Part shown: one piece after another, positions 8,337-17,634 of the stretch | Layout of the letters: the number at the start of each line of letters is the position of its first letter | Numbering within the stretch: position 1 is the first letter of the stretch | Source of the DNA: Escherichia phage kaaroe | Strand: one strand, 5' to 3' | Length of the DNA: 64,000 bases | Sequence record: MN850574.1 | The notes under the pieces: model-generated | What the model was told of the DNA's origin: nothing | Databases searched by the model: none | The model's input: the letters and a program-made list of their open reading frames with translations, nothing else | Translations under genes and position numbers: made by a program

Positions 8337-10445
8337 ATGAAAATGCATATTGATAATGAAGAAGTATTTGGCAGTGACTTGAGCGGTGCGGTTGATTTTT
8401 CACTGAAAGCAAGTAGCAAGGCTTTTATGGTGCTTTCTAAGAACACTTATCAATATTGTGAACGTGCTTGCGTCCGTGAGTATTCGTGCAATGCTACCGA
8501 CACTCACAAAGAAGCCGGAACCTTAGATCGTCCGTTTGATATTCATTTACCGACTGCAATCGAACCGTATTTTTCTGTGCGTGATTATGGTACTGGTATT
8601 CCGTCTAAGAAAGAATTAGAACAACTGTTTACGGTTTACTTTGAATCAACAAAAGACCAGACTAATGATTATATCGGATCTTTTGGTTTAGGTGCGAAAT
8701 CTGCTTATAGCTATACCGACACCTTTACAATCGTAAACTATTACAATGGTCGCGCTTATGGCTTTACGGCATTTGTGCAAAACTCTATGCCGAAAATGGT
8801 GCAGATTTTCGACGAACCGACCTATGAAGACAACGGTCTGAAAATCACTATTCCGGTGAAAGAAAAAGACATTCAGACATGGCATCGAGAAGCGCAATTT
8901 GTACTGCGTCATTTTGGGGAACACAAACCTAATATCAATGCAATCGAAATTAATTATTTCCCTAGCTTTGATAATTATTATGTGTGTAATGGGCGTGATA
9001 ACGATTCCTATGTAGTATATGCAATCATGGGTAAGATCCAGTATCCGATCCCGTATGAATATGTTCGCGGAACATGGTTAGAAGCTGTAAACCGCCAGCA
9101 CCAGACCATTTACATTAATTTTGAGTTGGGTGATCTGGACCTTATGCCATCGCGTGAAGAAGTTCACTTGTCAATTGAGACTAAAGCGAACATCGAAAAA
9201 CGCATTGCAGAAATCAATGAAATGATGTTGGAAAAGGTTAAAGAAAAGATCGCCAACATTAAAACAGAGCGTAAACTTGCGCAATTTATGAGCGAGTATT
9301 CATCGACTCAACGCAATATTATTAGCAAGATGGGTAAGATCGGACAATGGGACGATCCGGTAGCAATCTATAATAAGTTTGTTAATGCGGGTAAAGATTC
9401 GCCTAATGACGTAGAAGGTCAGGTGTATACTCTGTATCGTACTCGTCACACAATAAGTAAATTGCGCCCTGCTTTCGTTAGCAGTCAATACAACATTACG
9501 CATTTTGTATGGATGCATAAAGAAGATATTACGTGTCTTATTGATGATACCGATAAACCGAAACTGCGTGCACTGACTCTTAACGGCATGGTCCAGGAAT
9601 ACGGCATCAATAAAAAGGTACTGGTGTTCCGTCAGAAAAACGAAAAACATATGGAGACTTTCGAGTACATCAAACAGTATTATGATGATTCTGAAATGAC
9701 CGTGATTAAAGTGTCTGAGGCCGATGATCTGCGTGCTAAAGCAGTTAAACCGGAGAAGACCGAGCGTACACAACGTGAAGCGACTCCTAAGCTGCCTAAC
9801 GTGTATATCATGGAAAAGATTGGTGACAGTTGGCATAAAACCAGCCATCACATGAAAGCGGCAGAGATTCGCGAGTTATCAGGCTTGCACATGTTCCGCG
9901 TAGGTGATGCATTCGAAAGCCGTAGTCGTAAATCGATCCATAGTGAAAATACATTACACACGGCGCTTGACTACTTCGGGGTAACAAAGTATATTATTAC
10001 TCGAAACGAGACACAAAAATATCTCGTTGACGAACAATTGGAATGTGCGCTAGAATTTGTTCGCGGTAAGCTGGCTGGTCTGGCTAAGAAGGTTAAGACC
10101 AATCATCTGGGGTATGGCGAATATCTGGGTGTGATCACTATGTTGTTTCATGACGATGAACTAGAACGCTGTGTTCCAGAATTTATTGACAGACTGTACG
10201 GTCGTCATTATAATAAAGAGGTTTCCAAGTTACTCCTTCGTACTCGTTGGATTATGGACGCAGAAACTAAAAAGATTTGTGATGAAAAATTCACGGTAGC
10301 AAACGAACGAATTAAAGCAGTTTGTGCGAAGTTTAAAGAGAATAGCCCGTTACTGTATGATATTGTAGATAACTGGTATCGTATTCTGCATAATGACAAA
10401 CGCGCACAAGACTTTATGAAACTGGTTAAGAATGTTAAATTTTAA
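8337..10445 (+). CDS. rIIA: rIIA membrane-associated protein (GHKL ATPase-like)
   Basis: 702 aa (T4 rIIA ~725); N-terminal HATPase-like motifs (DYGTGIP, GSFGLGAKSAY); followed by rIIB. Confidence 0.85.
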   Translation: MKMHIDNEEVFGSDLSGAVDFSLKASSKAFMVLSKNTYQYCERACVREYSCNATDTHKEAGTLDRPFDIHLPTAIEPYFSVRDYGTGIPSKKELEQLFTVYFESTKDQTNDYIGSFGLGAKSAYSYTDTFTIVNYYNGRAYGFTAFVQNSMPKMVQIFDEPTYEDNGLKITIPVKEKDIQTWHREAQFVLRHFGEHKPNINAIEINYFPSFDNYYVCNGRDNDSYVVYAIMGKIQYPIPYEYVRGTWLEAVNRQHQTIYINFELGDLDLMPSREEVHLSIETKANIEKRIAEINEMMLEKVKEKIANIKTERKLAQFMSEYSSTQRNIISKMGKIGQWDDPVAIYNKFVNAGKDSPNDVEGQVYTLYRTRHTISKLRPAFVSSQYNITHFVWMHKEDITCLIDDTDKPKLRALTLNGMVQEYGINKKVLVFRQKNEKHMETFEYIKQYYDDSEMTVIKVSEADDLRAKAVKPEKTERTQREATPKLPNVYIMEKIGDSWHKTSHHMKAAEIRELSGLHMFRVGDAFESRSRKSIHSENTLHTALDYFGVTKYIITRNETQKYLVDEQLECALEFVRGKLAGLAKKVKTNHLGYGEYLGVITMLFHDDELERCVPEFIDRLYGRHYNKEVSKLLLRTRWIMDAETKKICDEKFTVANERIKAVCAKFKENSPLLYDIVDNWYRILHNDKRAQDFMKLVKNVKF

Positions 10446-10456
10446 GAGGTGATATT

Positions 10457-10588
10457 ATGACTAAACTGACCGCTATCCAGAAAGAAACCATCCGTAAACA
10501 ATACGCTCGCGGCTTGACTAAAGGCGAACTGGCACGAATCTATAATGTATCAGACCGCACAATCCGCAAGGTTGTCGAAGCAAAATAA
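10457..10588 (+). CDS. small helix-turn-helix protein (43 aa)
   Basis: TKGELARIYNVSDRTIRKVV HTH-like; manually translated, below ORF-track cutoff. Confidence 0.4.
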   Translation: MTKLTAIQKETIRKQYARGLTKGELARIYNVSDRTIRKVVEAK

Positions 10589-10650
10589 TTCTGGTATAAT
10601 GATGTGAATCGGGCGGCGATAGTCGCCCAACTAATAGAGGAATGAATACT

Positions 10651-11643
10651 ATGACTAAAGCAAAAATCACCGTCTCTGACCGTAACGTTCAATGCCTGGA
10701 TTCTGAAAAACAAATCAAACTGGCTAAACAGTGGGGCGAAGGTAAGTTTACTACCCGCGAAGCACTTGCGGCAGCATTTGGGGTATCTCGTCGTACTGCC
10801 TCCCGTGTATTACTGATTCAGAAAGACGCAGTAGCGGAAGGTCGCAAGGCACTAGAAAAACGTAAAGCACGCCGTAAAACCAGTAAAGGAAAAGGCGGTG
10901 AACGCGCAAAAAAGCCCGTGACTACTTCCTCAAAAATCGTAGCAATAGCCTCAACTAAGTTTATTACTATTACATGTGGTGACATTGTTTATACTGCTGA
11001 TCCATCGCATGTTAACTTTAATGAAGCACTGGAAGCGATTAAACATAATGATTTCATCAAAGCTATTACGCTGATTGACATTAAGAAAGCGGTTGAAGTA
11101 TATTATCACGGCGCTTTCCGTATCGAAAATGGTATTGTGTATTATCATAATATTGTTCTTGATAATAATCTGACTCGTCGAGTTGTGGAGTCGATTAAAG
11201 AGAATAAGCCATATACGCACTATCTGAACTTCTTTGAGAAGTGCAAGAAGAATCCTAGCCGTAAGGCGGTAGATCGTCTGTTTGACTTCTTAGAGCACAA
11301 CGACATTGAGATCGGGGAAGATGGTTGTTTCTATGCATGGAAACGTGTTGATGTTGATTATAAAGATTTCTTTACGCATACGTTTGATAATAGCCCAGGG
11401 CGCACGGTTAAAATGAAGCGTAAAGACGTGGACCCAGATGATGATCGCACTTGCTCTAATGGCCTCCACGTTGCAGCGAAACACTATATTCCTCACTATG
11501 GCGGTGGACGAGGCCGAATCATTAAATGCAAAGTTGATCCGCGTCACGTTGTAAGTATCCCGAAAGATTATGCGAATGCCAAAATGCGCTGCCATCGTTA
11601 CTATGTGGTTGAAGATGTAACCGAAGGTTTTAGCCATTACTAA
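10651..11643 (+). CDS. rIIB: rIIB protein
   Basis: SRLFDFLEHNDIEIGEDGCFYAWKRV, FDNSPGRTVKM, VSIPKDYANAKMRCHRYYVVEDVTE match T4 rIIB; alternative ATG at 10642. Confidence 0.93.
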   Translation: MTKAKITVSDRNVQCLDSEKQIKLAKQWGEGKFTTREALAAAFGVSRRTASRVLLIQKDAVAEGRKALEKRKARRKTSKGKGGERAKKPVTTSSKIVAIASTKFITITCGDIVYTADPSHVNFNEALEAIKHNDFIKAITLIDIKKAVEVYYHGAFRIENGIVYYHNIVLDNNLTRRVVESIKENKPYTHYLNFFEKCKKNPSRKAVDRLFDFLEHNDIEIGEDGCFYAWKRVDVDYKDFFTHTFDNSPGRTVKMKRKDVDPDDDRTCSNGLHVAAKHYIPHYGGGRGRIIKCKVDPRHVVSIPKDYANAKMRCHRYYVVEDVTEGFSHY

Positions 11644-11657
11644 CAGAGGAATTAATT

Positions 11658-11984
11658 ATGGTTGATATGAAAGTTACTTGCGAAAGTGCACATGTTGAAG
11701 TTGAAAGTAGCCAATATTCATTGCGTCCGTCCGGTCGCGTTACTGTGACTATGGATGATGTTGATTTGGTTAATAATGTTAGTGTTGAAGATATCGTTAA
11801 TGAGTATGATCATAGCGAACTACTAGACGCAATTCCTGAACATGTTGTGATCCAGCACGTAGTAAGCAATAATGATCCATCGACTTTCATTAAAGAATAT
11901 GGCGCTGATGAAATGCTCGATGAAATTGGCGAAAAGATTGTTATTGCATGGCTTGAAAACAACGGTTATACTGTAGAACAATAA
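11658..11984 (+). CDS. hypothetical strongly acidic protein
   Basis: About 23 D/E versus about 5 K/R in 108 aa. Confidence 0.5.
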   Translation: MVDMKVTCESAHVEVESSQYSLRPSGRVTVTMDDVDLVNNVSVEDIVNEYDHSELLDAIPEHVVIQHVVSNNDPSTFIKEYGADEMLDEIGEKIVIAWLENNGYTVEQ

Positions 11985-11992
11985 TCAACATA

Positions 11993-12015
11993 GGCCGCTT
12001 TGCGCGGCCTTTCTT
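11993..12015 (+). terminator. rho-independent terminator
   Basis: GGCCGC-TTTG-GCGGCC hairpin followed by TTTCTT. Confidence 0.55.
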
Positions 12016-12029
12016 AGAGGGAATACATT

Positions 12030-12323
12030 ATGACGGTCACGGTTATTACCAAATACGACGACGAAAATGTGATTTACGGTGACGTGGTTGTTGTTCACGG
12101 TCGTAGCATGAAAGTTACTGGTAATTGTAAAGATGGTGCTATTATTTGCGGTGAATTGGTGAGAACAGTCAATCCTATCACCGACGAACAAAAGCGAGTC
12201 ATTATCAGAAAACTTAAAGACAGTGGATATTGTAACGTCGTGGTGATTCAAGAAAAAATTGAAGTAGGTCACTTATACACAAATCAGAAAACAATTCCTG
12301 TATCAATGGTTAAAGGCGGTTAA
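12030..12323 (+). CDS. hypothetical protein
   Basis: SD GAGGGAA before ATG 12030. Confidence 0.5.
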   Translation: MTVTVITKYDDENVIYGDVVVVHGRSMKVTGNCKDGAIICGELVRTVNPITDEQKRVIIRKLKDSGYCNVVVIQEKIEVGHLYTNQKTIPVSMVKGG

Positions 12324-12325
12324 TA

Positions 12326-12688
12326 ATGCTAGGTCATTCTAAAATAGAAGATTGCTCATTCAGAGCAATGAAAGATGATTTTTCGGTCCTGTACGCGTCT
12401 ATCCGAGAGTTGTTTGTAGATTTTAAGCAATTCAGAGAATACAAAGGCGTTAAGATGCGGGAGTGGGTATTCTGGCCTTTCTATATCATTACTCTGTTTT
12501 CTATGGTATTTTGTTTTGTCGGGATCACTATCGCTAGTTTTGTCACTTGCGTTTTCCTGATTATCAGGTGTATCATGTTTGCTTTGATTGCTGCCCCGTT
12601 TATTGTGTCAATCCTTCCGTTAAAATGGCTATTGGATTGGGCTGATAAATCTGATAAAGTAAAGAATGTGATTTGTAAGCGTGTATGA
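12326..12688 (+). CDS. hypothetical membrane protein
   Basis: Long hydrophobic segments (FYIITLFSMVFCFVGITIASFVTCVFLIIRCIMFALIAAPFIVSILPL). Confidence 0.5.
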   Translation: MLGHSKIEDCSFRAMKDDFSVLYASIRELFVDFKQFREYKGVKMREWVFWPFYIITLFSMVFCFVGITIASFVTCVFLIIRCIMFALIAAPFIVSILPLKWLLDWADKSDKVKNVICKRV

Positions 12689-12695
12689 GGTGAAG

Positions 12696-14042
12696 ATGAA
12701 TAAATCAGTTACTTACCGCAGCCTTGAAAGCATTGTACATAATGAAGCTAAGGAATATGCGATCTATTCTGCCGAGGAACGCGGGATTCCTCAATTAGTG
12801 GATGGGCTTAAACCAGTGCAACGCTTTGTTATGGAGTGCGCACTTCAAAAGAGTAAAGGTGACCGTAAGAAATTCCGTAAGATGGCAGATATTGGATCTG
12901 GTGTTGCTGAGTTGGGGTATCACCACGGCGAAACTAATGCCGTAGAAGCCGGATCACTCATGGCGAATACATGGAGCAATAATACTCCACTGCTTGACGG
13001 TCAAGGTAACTTCGGATCGCGTTTAGTCCAGAAAGCAGGTGCGGCACGTTATATCTTTGCTCGCGTGCATGAAAACTTCTTTAAAATCTATAAAGATATG
13101 AATTGCGCACCTAAGCACGAAGATCTGGAACACATCCCGCCAGCGTTCTACTTGCCAGTTGTGCCAATGGTATTGGCTAACGGTATTAGTGGTATTGCTA
13201 CAGGGTATAAAACTGACATTTTACCGCATTCACTGGAAAGCCTTATTGAATGCACAGAGCTAGCACTTGCCGGAAAACTGGATAAAGAACCTAGTGTTCA
13301 ATTCCCGAAATTCACGGGTAAAGTTATCCCGCGAGATGATCGCGATGGTGTGATTCTTGAGGGTACATATGAACTAAACGGCAAGACTAAACTGACAATA
13401 TCAGAAGTTCCTTATAAGTTCGACCGTGAAGAATATGTAGCGGTACTGGATGCACTGGAAGAAAAAGATCTGATTGTATCGTATAATGACCGTTGCTCTA
13501 AGGACGGATTCAGATTTGAAGTAACACTGAAACGCGATTATTTCAAAAGCGAAGATGAATCCGCTCGACATGAGCAAATCATGAAGGATTTTAAACTAAC
13601 GCAGTTAGTAGCCCAGAATATCGTAGTAGTTAACGAACGTGGTTTAGTAGAAGTATTCGAGAAAGCGAGCGATCTGATCCGTCGATTCGTCGAAATCCGA
13701 TTAGGGTATGTCGATAAACGCATTGAATTGATGCAAGCGGAAACGCTGGAAGCATACAATTATGCAATGGCTAAAGCCGAATTTATCGATCGCGTAATTA
13801 AGGGCGAAATCGAGCTACAGGGCAAGAAAAAGGCCGAGGTAATGCAATCCATCAATGGACATGAAAAACTGCGTCCATACGCCGATAAGCTAGTTTCTAT
13901 GCCATTGTATAGCGTTACTCAAGAAGAGTATGATCGACTGGTCAAAGATGCCGATAAACATCATAGTGAATATGAGTATTGGACAAAGACGACCGCAATG
14001 AAGGAATATAAGAAAGATCTTAAAGAACTTAAGAAGGGTTGA
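12696..14042 (+). CDS. 52: DNA topoisomerase II medium subunit gp52 (GyrA-like)
   Basis: KPVQRFV, GYHHGE, LLDGQGNFGSR, ARYIFARV, IPPAFYLP match T4 gp52. Confidence 0.93.
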   Translation: MNKSVTYRSLESIVHNEAKEYAIYSAEERGIPQLVDGLKPVQRFVMECALQKSKGDRKKFRKMADIGSGVAELGYHHGETNAVEAGSLMANTWSNNTPLLDGQGNFGSRLVQKAGAARYIFARVHENFFKIYKDMNCAPKHEDLEHIPPAFYLPVVPMVLANGISGIATGYKTDILPHSLESLIECTELALAGKLDKEPSVQFPKFTGKVIPRDDRDGVILEGTYELNGKTKLTISEVPYKFDREEYVAVLDALEEKDLIVSYNDRCSKDGFRFEVTLKRDYFKSEDESARHEQIMKDFKLTQLVAQNIVVVNERGLVEVFEKASDLIRRFVEIRLGYVDKRIELMQAETLEAYNYAMAKAEFIDRVIKGEIELQGKKKAEVMQSINGHEKLRPYADKLVSMPLYSVTQEEYDRLVKDADKHHSEYEYWTKTTAMKEYKKDLKELKKG

Positions 14043-14044
14043 TT

Positions 14045-14242
14045 ATGAAAGAATATCCAGAAGGCGGTTATATTGCATTTGTGTACAACAATAAAAAGAT
14101 TGTGCCAATGGTCGTTGAGACTATGGAAGAAGCCAACCGGATCACTATTGAATCTCTGAGCAAATTAGCAGAGATGACAAACACACCAGAACACAGAGCA
14201 AAGATCGACAGCTTGATGAAAGAATTTTCAGAGAGGAAATAA
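14045..14242 (+). CDS. hypothetical protein
   Basis: ATG immediately after gene 52 stop. Confidence 0.45.
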   Translation: MKEYPEGGYIAFVYNNKKIVPMVVETMEEANRITIESLSKLAEMTNTPEHRAKIDSLMKEFSERK

Positions 14243-14245
14243 ATT

Positions 14246-14641
14246 ATGACTGAACGACGCATTACTTCAAATGGTTTGGGTACTCATCATGCCTGGATGG
14301 TTGACCCAGACAAAAATCCTTATAAACTTTACGATACAACGATTAAACCGTGGAATAATGGCGTATGGAAAACACCACCCACAACAGCACCTATTATGAC
14401 TGATCAGAAACCGTTTAGCCCGATGGCGGAACCAGTACAGATTAAGCCGTTACCTTACCAGATAACGACGAATAGCATCACCAACAAACAAGAAAATGAT
14501 ATTGATATGATCTACGAGATGATTAAACTTTGGCGTGATGTTTATCTGGGTGTTCTCTGCAACACAGATAAAAGTGCACATGCGGCAGCGGTACTGGCAT
14601 CTCATGCAGTAGACGAAGCCAAAAAGAAATTTAGTAAGTAA
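14246..14641 (+). CDS. hypothetical protein
   Basis: SD AGAGGAAA before ATG; followed by terminator. Confidence 0.5.
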   Translation: MTERRITSNGLGTHHAWMVDPDKNPYKLYDTTIKPWNNGVWKTPPTTAPIMTDQKPFSPMAEPVQIKPLPYQITTNSITNKQENDIDMIYEMIKLWRDVYLGVLCNTDKSAHAAAVLASHAVDEAKKKFSK

Positions 14642-14651
14642 CTGATTATTA

Positions 14652-14680
14652 AGCCGATCCTTGTGGTCGGCTTTTTTATT
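14652..14680 (+). terminator. rho-independent terminator
   Basis: GCCGATCC..GGTCGGC hairpin followed by TTTTTTATTTT. Confidence 0.7.
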
Positions 14681-14690
14681 TTAAAAGTTG

Positions 14691-14719
14691 TTGACTTCCA
14701 TAATCCATCATTGCATAAT
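14691..14719 (+). promoter_or_regulatory. sigma70-type early promoter
   Basis: TTGACT-17-CATAAT plus conserved leader ACACACATACC..AGGAGAATCAAAG, ATG 14751. Confidence 0.6.
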
Positions 14720-14750
14720 ACACACATACCAAACAAAAGGAGAATCAAAG

Positions 14751-15023
14751 ATGAACAACGAAAACAGCAAAGTGTTGGCAATTGCAGATAAAGTAGGTTA
14801 CTGGAAATGCTGGGATGATATGGAGAAATTAGGCGGTCGCTATCTCGATAACTTAGAGTTGCATTATTGCCAAGCGCGTAATGCAGAAGTTGCGGGAGTA
14901 GCAATCGAAGATATTCCGTCTAAAGTCTTCGGATTCTCTAAAGATGATACTCTAGAATATGTTTTCAAGGCTGTTATGGATCAAGCATGGGAAGACGCAG
15001 AGACACGCGCTCTTGACTGGTGA
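14751..15023 (+). CDS. hypothetical protein
   Basis: ATG 13 nt after conserved RBS cassette. Confidence 0.55.
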   Translation: MNNENSKVLAIADKVGYWKCWDDMEKLGGRYLDNLELHYCQARNAEVAGVAIEDIPSKVFGFSKDDTLEYVFKAVMDQAWEDAETRALDW

Positions 15024-15027
15024 TAAT

Positions 15028-15198
15028 ATGAACTGGTATAAAATTTGGAAAAATCAGGTGGAGGCTTATCTAGGGTATAAGCCAACCGACGAAGAATTAC
15101 TTGAAGCAATGTACGAAGACGGCTTAAATCCGAAAGTAGCCGCGCAAGAATACGCGGAATGGGTGAAGGTCGAAGATAACCTAAAGGGGAAACTATGA
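15028..15198 (+). CDS. hypothetical protein
   Basis: ATG 15028 just after upstream stop. Confidence 0.45.
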   Translation: MNWYKIWKNQVEAYLGYKPTDEELLEAMYEDGLNPKVAAQEYAEWVKVEDNLKGKL

Positions 15199-15395
15199 AG
15201 AAAATGATTGCGATTGCTTTGCTGGCTAGTGCATGTACGGTAAATGCTAATACCGCAGCGATGGTCGCGGCTGTAACTGCTGCAAATGCGTCTGTTATGG
15301 CATCGCAAGAGGCAGCACGCCAGCAAGCACAACAAGAAGCCCAGCGAAAAGCACATGAGGCGACGAAAAATTTCACGAAAATAACAAAAAACTAG
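15195..15395 (+). CDS. hypothetical secreted small protein
   Basis: N-terminal signal-peptide-like MKKMIAIALLASACTVNA; start overlaps upstream stop. Confidence 0.5.
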   Translation: MKKMIAIALLASACTVNANTAAMVAAVTAANASVMASQEAARQQAQQEAQRKAHEATKNFTKITKN

Positions 15396-15396
15396 T

Positions 15397-15425
15397 TGAC
15401 GCCAAAGGTCATCGGTAGTATTATA
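15397..15425 (+). promoter_or_regulatory. sigma70-type early promoter
   Basis: TTGACG-17-TATTAT, leader CATACCGAAACGAACTGGAGG, ATG 15459. Confidence 0.55.
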
Positions 15426-15458
15426 CTCCCATACCGAAACGAACTGGAGGAAATAAAA

Positions 15459-15701
15459 ATGGTTAAAGTTAATGTTATCGAAGTTGCACTGTACGACGCT
15501 GGGATCTTCCTGAATGAAAAAGAAGCTGCCGTCCTCGACGAACTGAAAACTGTTTTTGTTCCTGTAGTAGAAGACGTAGAAGCAATCAAAATCGCTTCTC
15601 GTAAACTGTCCCGCGAAGCATTCGACATGATTGATCCGGTTTTCAAAGTTATGCACGAATGCGCGGTTATGATGACCGAAGAAGAAGCGAAAAATTTCTA
15701 A
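15459..15701 (+). CDS. hypothetical protein
   Basis: ATG after conserved leader. Confidence 0.55.
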   Translation: MVKVNVIEVALYDAGIFLNEKEAAVLDELKTVFVPVVEDVEAIKIASRKLSREAFDMIDPVFKVMHECAVMMTEEEAKNF

Positions 15702-15708
15702 AAACTAG

Positions 15709-15737
15709 TTGACGTAAAGATAAGGGAGTAGTAACAT
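15709..15737 (+). promoter_or_regulatory. sigma70-type early promoter with dyad over -10
   Basis: TTGACG-17-TAACAT; inverted repeat GGGAGTA/TACTCCC brackets the -10; ATG 15767. Confidence 0.55.
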
Positions 15738-15766
15738 ACTCCCATACCAAACGAAAGGAGAATCAC

Positions 15767-15976
15767 ATGAAATCTATCGAGCAAGTAGTAACAGAGTTTA
15801 TGAGCTACGAAGGAAACCGCATCTTTGGACGTTCTCAAGTTCGCGAGATCGTAGAAGAAGTTGCTGGAGAGTTTGCGGAATCTGGTCACATTATCACGCA
15901 AGAACGTAAAGAAGAAGCAGTAAACCAGATCATGGCTATACAGAAAATGCGTATTAATGCACGAGCGGGGGCTTAA
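15767..15976 (+). CDS. hypothetical protein
   Basis: ATG after AGGAGAATCA RBS. Confidence 0.55.
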   Translation: MKSIEQVVTEFMSYEGNRIFGRSQVREIVEEVAGEFAESGHIITQERKEEAVNQIMAIQKMRINARAGA

Positions 15977-15977
15977 A

Positions 15978-16277
15978 ATGAATTTTACCGATAAAGTTTT
16001 TGAAATTAGTCGCACTACTTCAATTAAAAATCTTAGGGCGGCTGCATTTATGGTTGATAAAGGGTTTAATATGGCATCGTCTGACGGTGTACCGTACTTT
16101 GCACCAACTTTCGTTGGCTGGATGACTGATCGTAAACGTGATTACACTAAAGCATATCCGCATATGGTACTTAGTAAAATTATCACTAAAGTGTATCCAC
16201 ATATGGTACTTAATGACGTTATCACGGACCACGATCACTTTACAAACTTTATTGTTTCCGGTGAATGGCGAAAATAA
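15978..16277 (+). CDS. hypothetical protein with internal direct repeat
   Basis: AYPHMVLSKIITKVYPHMVLNDVIT repeat; ATG 15978. Confidence 0.45.
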   Translation: MNFTDKVFEISRTTSIKNLRAAAFMVDKGFNMASSDGVPYFAPTFVGWMTDRKRDYTKAYPHMVLSKIITKVYPHMVLNDVITDHDHFTNFIVSGEWRK

Positions 16278-16288
16278 TTTAAAACTAG

Positions 16289-16317
16289 TTGACACCGGAT
16301 TAAGGGAGTAGTAACAT
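16289..16317 (+). promoter_or_regulatory. sigma70-type early promoter with dyad over -10
   Basis: TTGACA-17-TAACAT, GGGAGTA/TACTCCC dyad, ATG 16352. Confidence 0.55.
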
Positions 16318-16351
16318 ACTCCCATCAAGACAAAACACTGAGGAATATATT

Positions 16352-17110
16352 ATGAAAAACATTATCGCTGCTATCGTTCTTTCTGCTACTGCTTTCGGTG
16401 CTAACGCTGCGTCCTTTGATTGCGCTAAAGCTACTACCAAATCAGAGAAGTTTATTTGTGCTAATGAGTCTATCTCCGCACTGGACTCTAAACTTCATGA
16501 GGTGTATGTTAAGGCTGTTAAGATTGATCCGTCTCTGAAACAAGAGCAACGAAACTGGAATAAAACTGTTCGTGATACAATGATCAATATAGGGCAGATT
16601 CAGCCACTGGAGGCTGTATATAACGCTCAAATCCAAAACTTGATGAATGTATTACCTAAAGAAGAAACCGCGTCAGAAAGCGATTCAGAGACTTCTGCGA
16701 AGGTTGAAGAAGAACAACCGAAACAGGAAGCAAAAGTGGTAGAAGAACCGAAGGTCGAAACTTTTACCTATCAATGTACCGTTCGTTATGAGTGGAGTAT
16801 GAAAGATGGAATTTCCACAAAAATTAAAGAGGCTCCACTGTATGCAAAATATGGAAACCAGCCAGGGGATCTTAAAGTAACCATTAAAAATGGGAAGATG
16901 GTTGATTTTGTATACACTGATGAATACAACGTACACAAAGCAAACGTACAAGAAACCGTTATGACTAAAGGCGGGTTTTATAAGAATGTTGGCAAGAAAG
17001 ATCTATATGAATACTCCGTTTTCGAACCAAACGACGGAACTATTCGATTTGAAAAACGTCATCCTACATTCGGTGGAGCAATTGATGTAGATCAATACGT
17101 TTGCAAGTAA
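16352..17110 (+). CDS. secreted protein with LprI/DUF1311-like N-terminal domain
   Basis: Signal peptide MKNIIAAIVLSATAFGANA; FDCAKA..FICANE..LD..L..VY...Q..W...RD pattern. Confidence 0.6.
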   Translation: MKNIIAAIVLSATAFGANAASFDCAKATTKSEKFICANESISALDSKLHEVYVKAVKIDPSLKQEQRNWNKTVRDTMINIGQIQPLEAVYNAQIQNLMNVLPKEETASESDSETSAKVEEEQPKQEAKVVEEPKVETFTYQCTVRYEWSMKDGISTKIKEAPLYAKYGNQPGDLKVTIKNGKMVDFVYTDEYNVHKANVQETVMTKGGFYKNVGKKDLYEYSVFEPNDGTIRFEKRHPTFGGAIDVDQYVCK

Positions 17111-17121
17111 GAGGTTAAATT

Positions 17122-17409
17122 ATGCAATTCAATAACATGAAGATTACAAAAGATTGGTGGAAGGCGATGCAAGATACTCCAGAAACCAAATTAAGCGAGA
17201 CAACAACCACAATACAAGTTGATTACGAAGATCCGAAAGACATATACAGAGAGATTTTAATCAGAGAGCTTATAAAAGCTGGAAACTATCAAACACCAGA
17301 TGGCCTTATTGACATGATGGTTAAAGGTCTGTATAGTGGTAAAAATCCAGATATTTTACCGTGGTACGAGGGATATTTTAAAACATATCGTGACCACAAC
17401 CGAAAATAA
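17122..17409 (+). CDS. hypothetical protein
   Basis: SD GAGG before ATG 17122. Confidence 0.5.
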   Translation: MQFNNMKITKDWWKAMQDTPETKLSETTTTIQVDYEDPKDIYREILIRELIKAGNYQTPDGLIDMMVKGLYSGKNPDILPWYEGYFKTYRDHNRK

Positions 17410-17432
17410 GTTGTTGACGTGAGGATTATATT

Positions 17433-17624
17433 ATGGTAATTTTTAATCGCGATGGTATCATAGTTCGGCAGCATCCATTCCTTGAATACTATCAGGTTGA
17501 ACAATGGGGATATGGAGATTGCAACCGCTCATACGGTCAAAGCTGGGGATACCGTACAGTTTTTGAATCAACTAATATTGACAAAGTACGACAGAAAGTT
17601 TTAGAACTTCTTAACGATAAGTGA
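17433..17624 (+). CDS. hypothetical protein
   Basis: Preceded by recurrent GTGAGGATTATATT-ATG initiation cassette. Confidence 0.5.
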   Translation: MVIFNRDGIIVRQHPFLEYYQVEQWGYGDCNRSYGQSWGYRTVFESTNIDKVRQKVLELLNDK

Positions 17625-17634
17625 GGATTACATC

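Noticed and set aside
9300-9851. 183-aa minus-strand ORF inside rIIA, and similar antisense ORFs inside 39, 34, 37, alt, nrdA and others
   Set aside because: They are fully embedded antisense to well-supported conserved genes, lack ribosome-binding sites and have low-complexity composition; treated as spurious.
10589-10640. Extended -10 (TGGTATAAT) and GGGCGGCGATAGTCGCCC hairpin upstream of rIIB
   Set aside because: No convincing -35 element at the correct spacing; left unannotated, although it may be a weak promoter or RNA structure.
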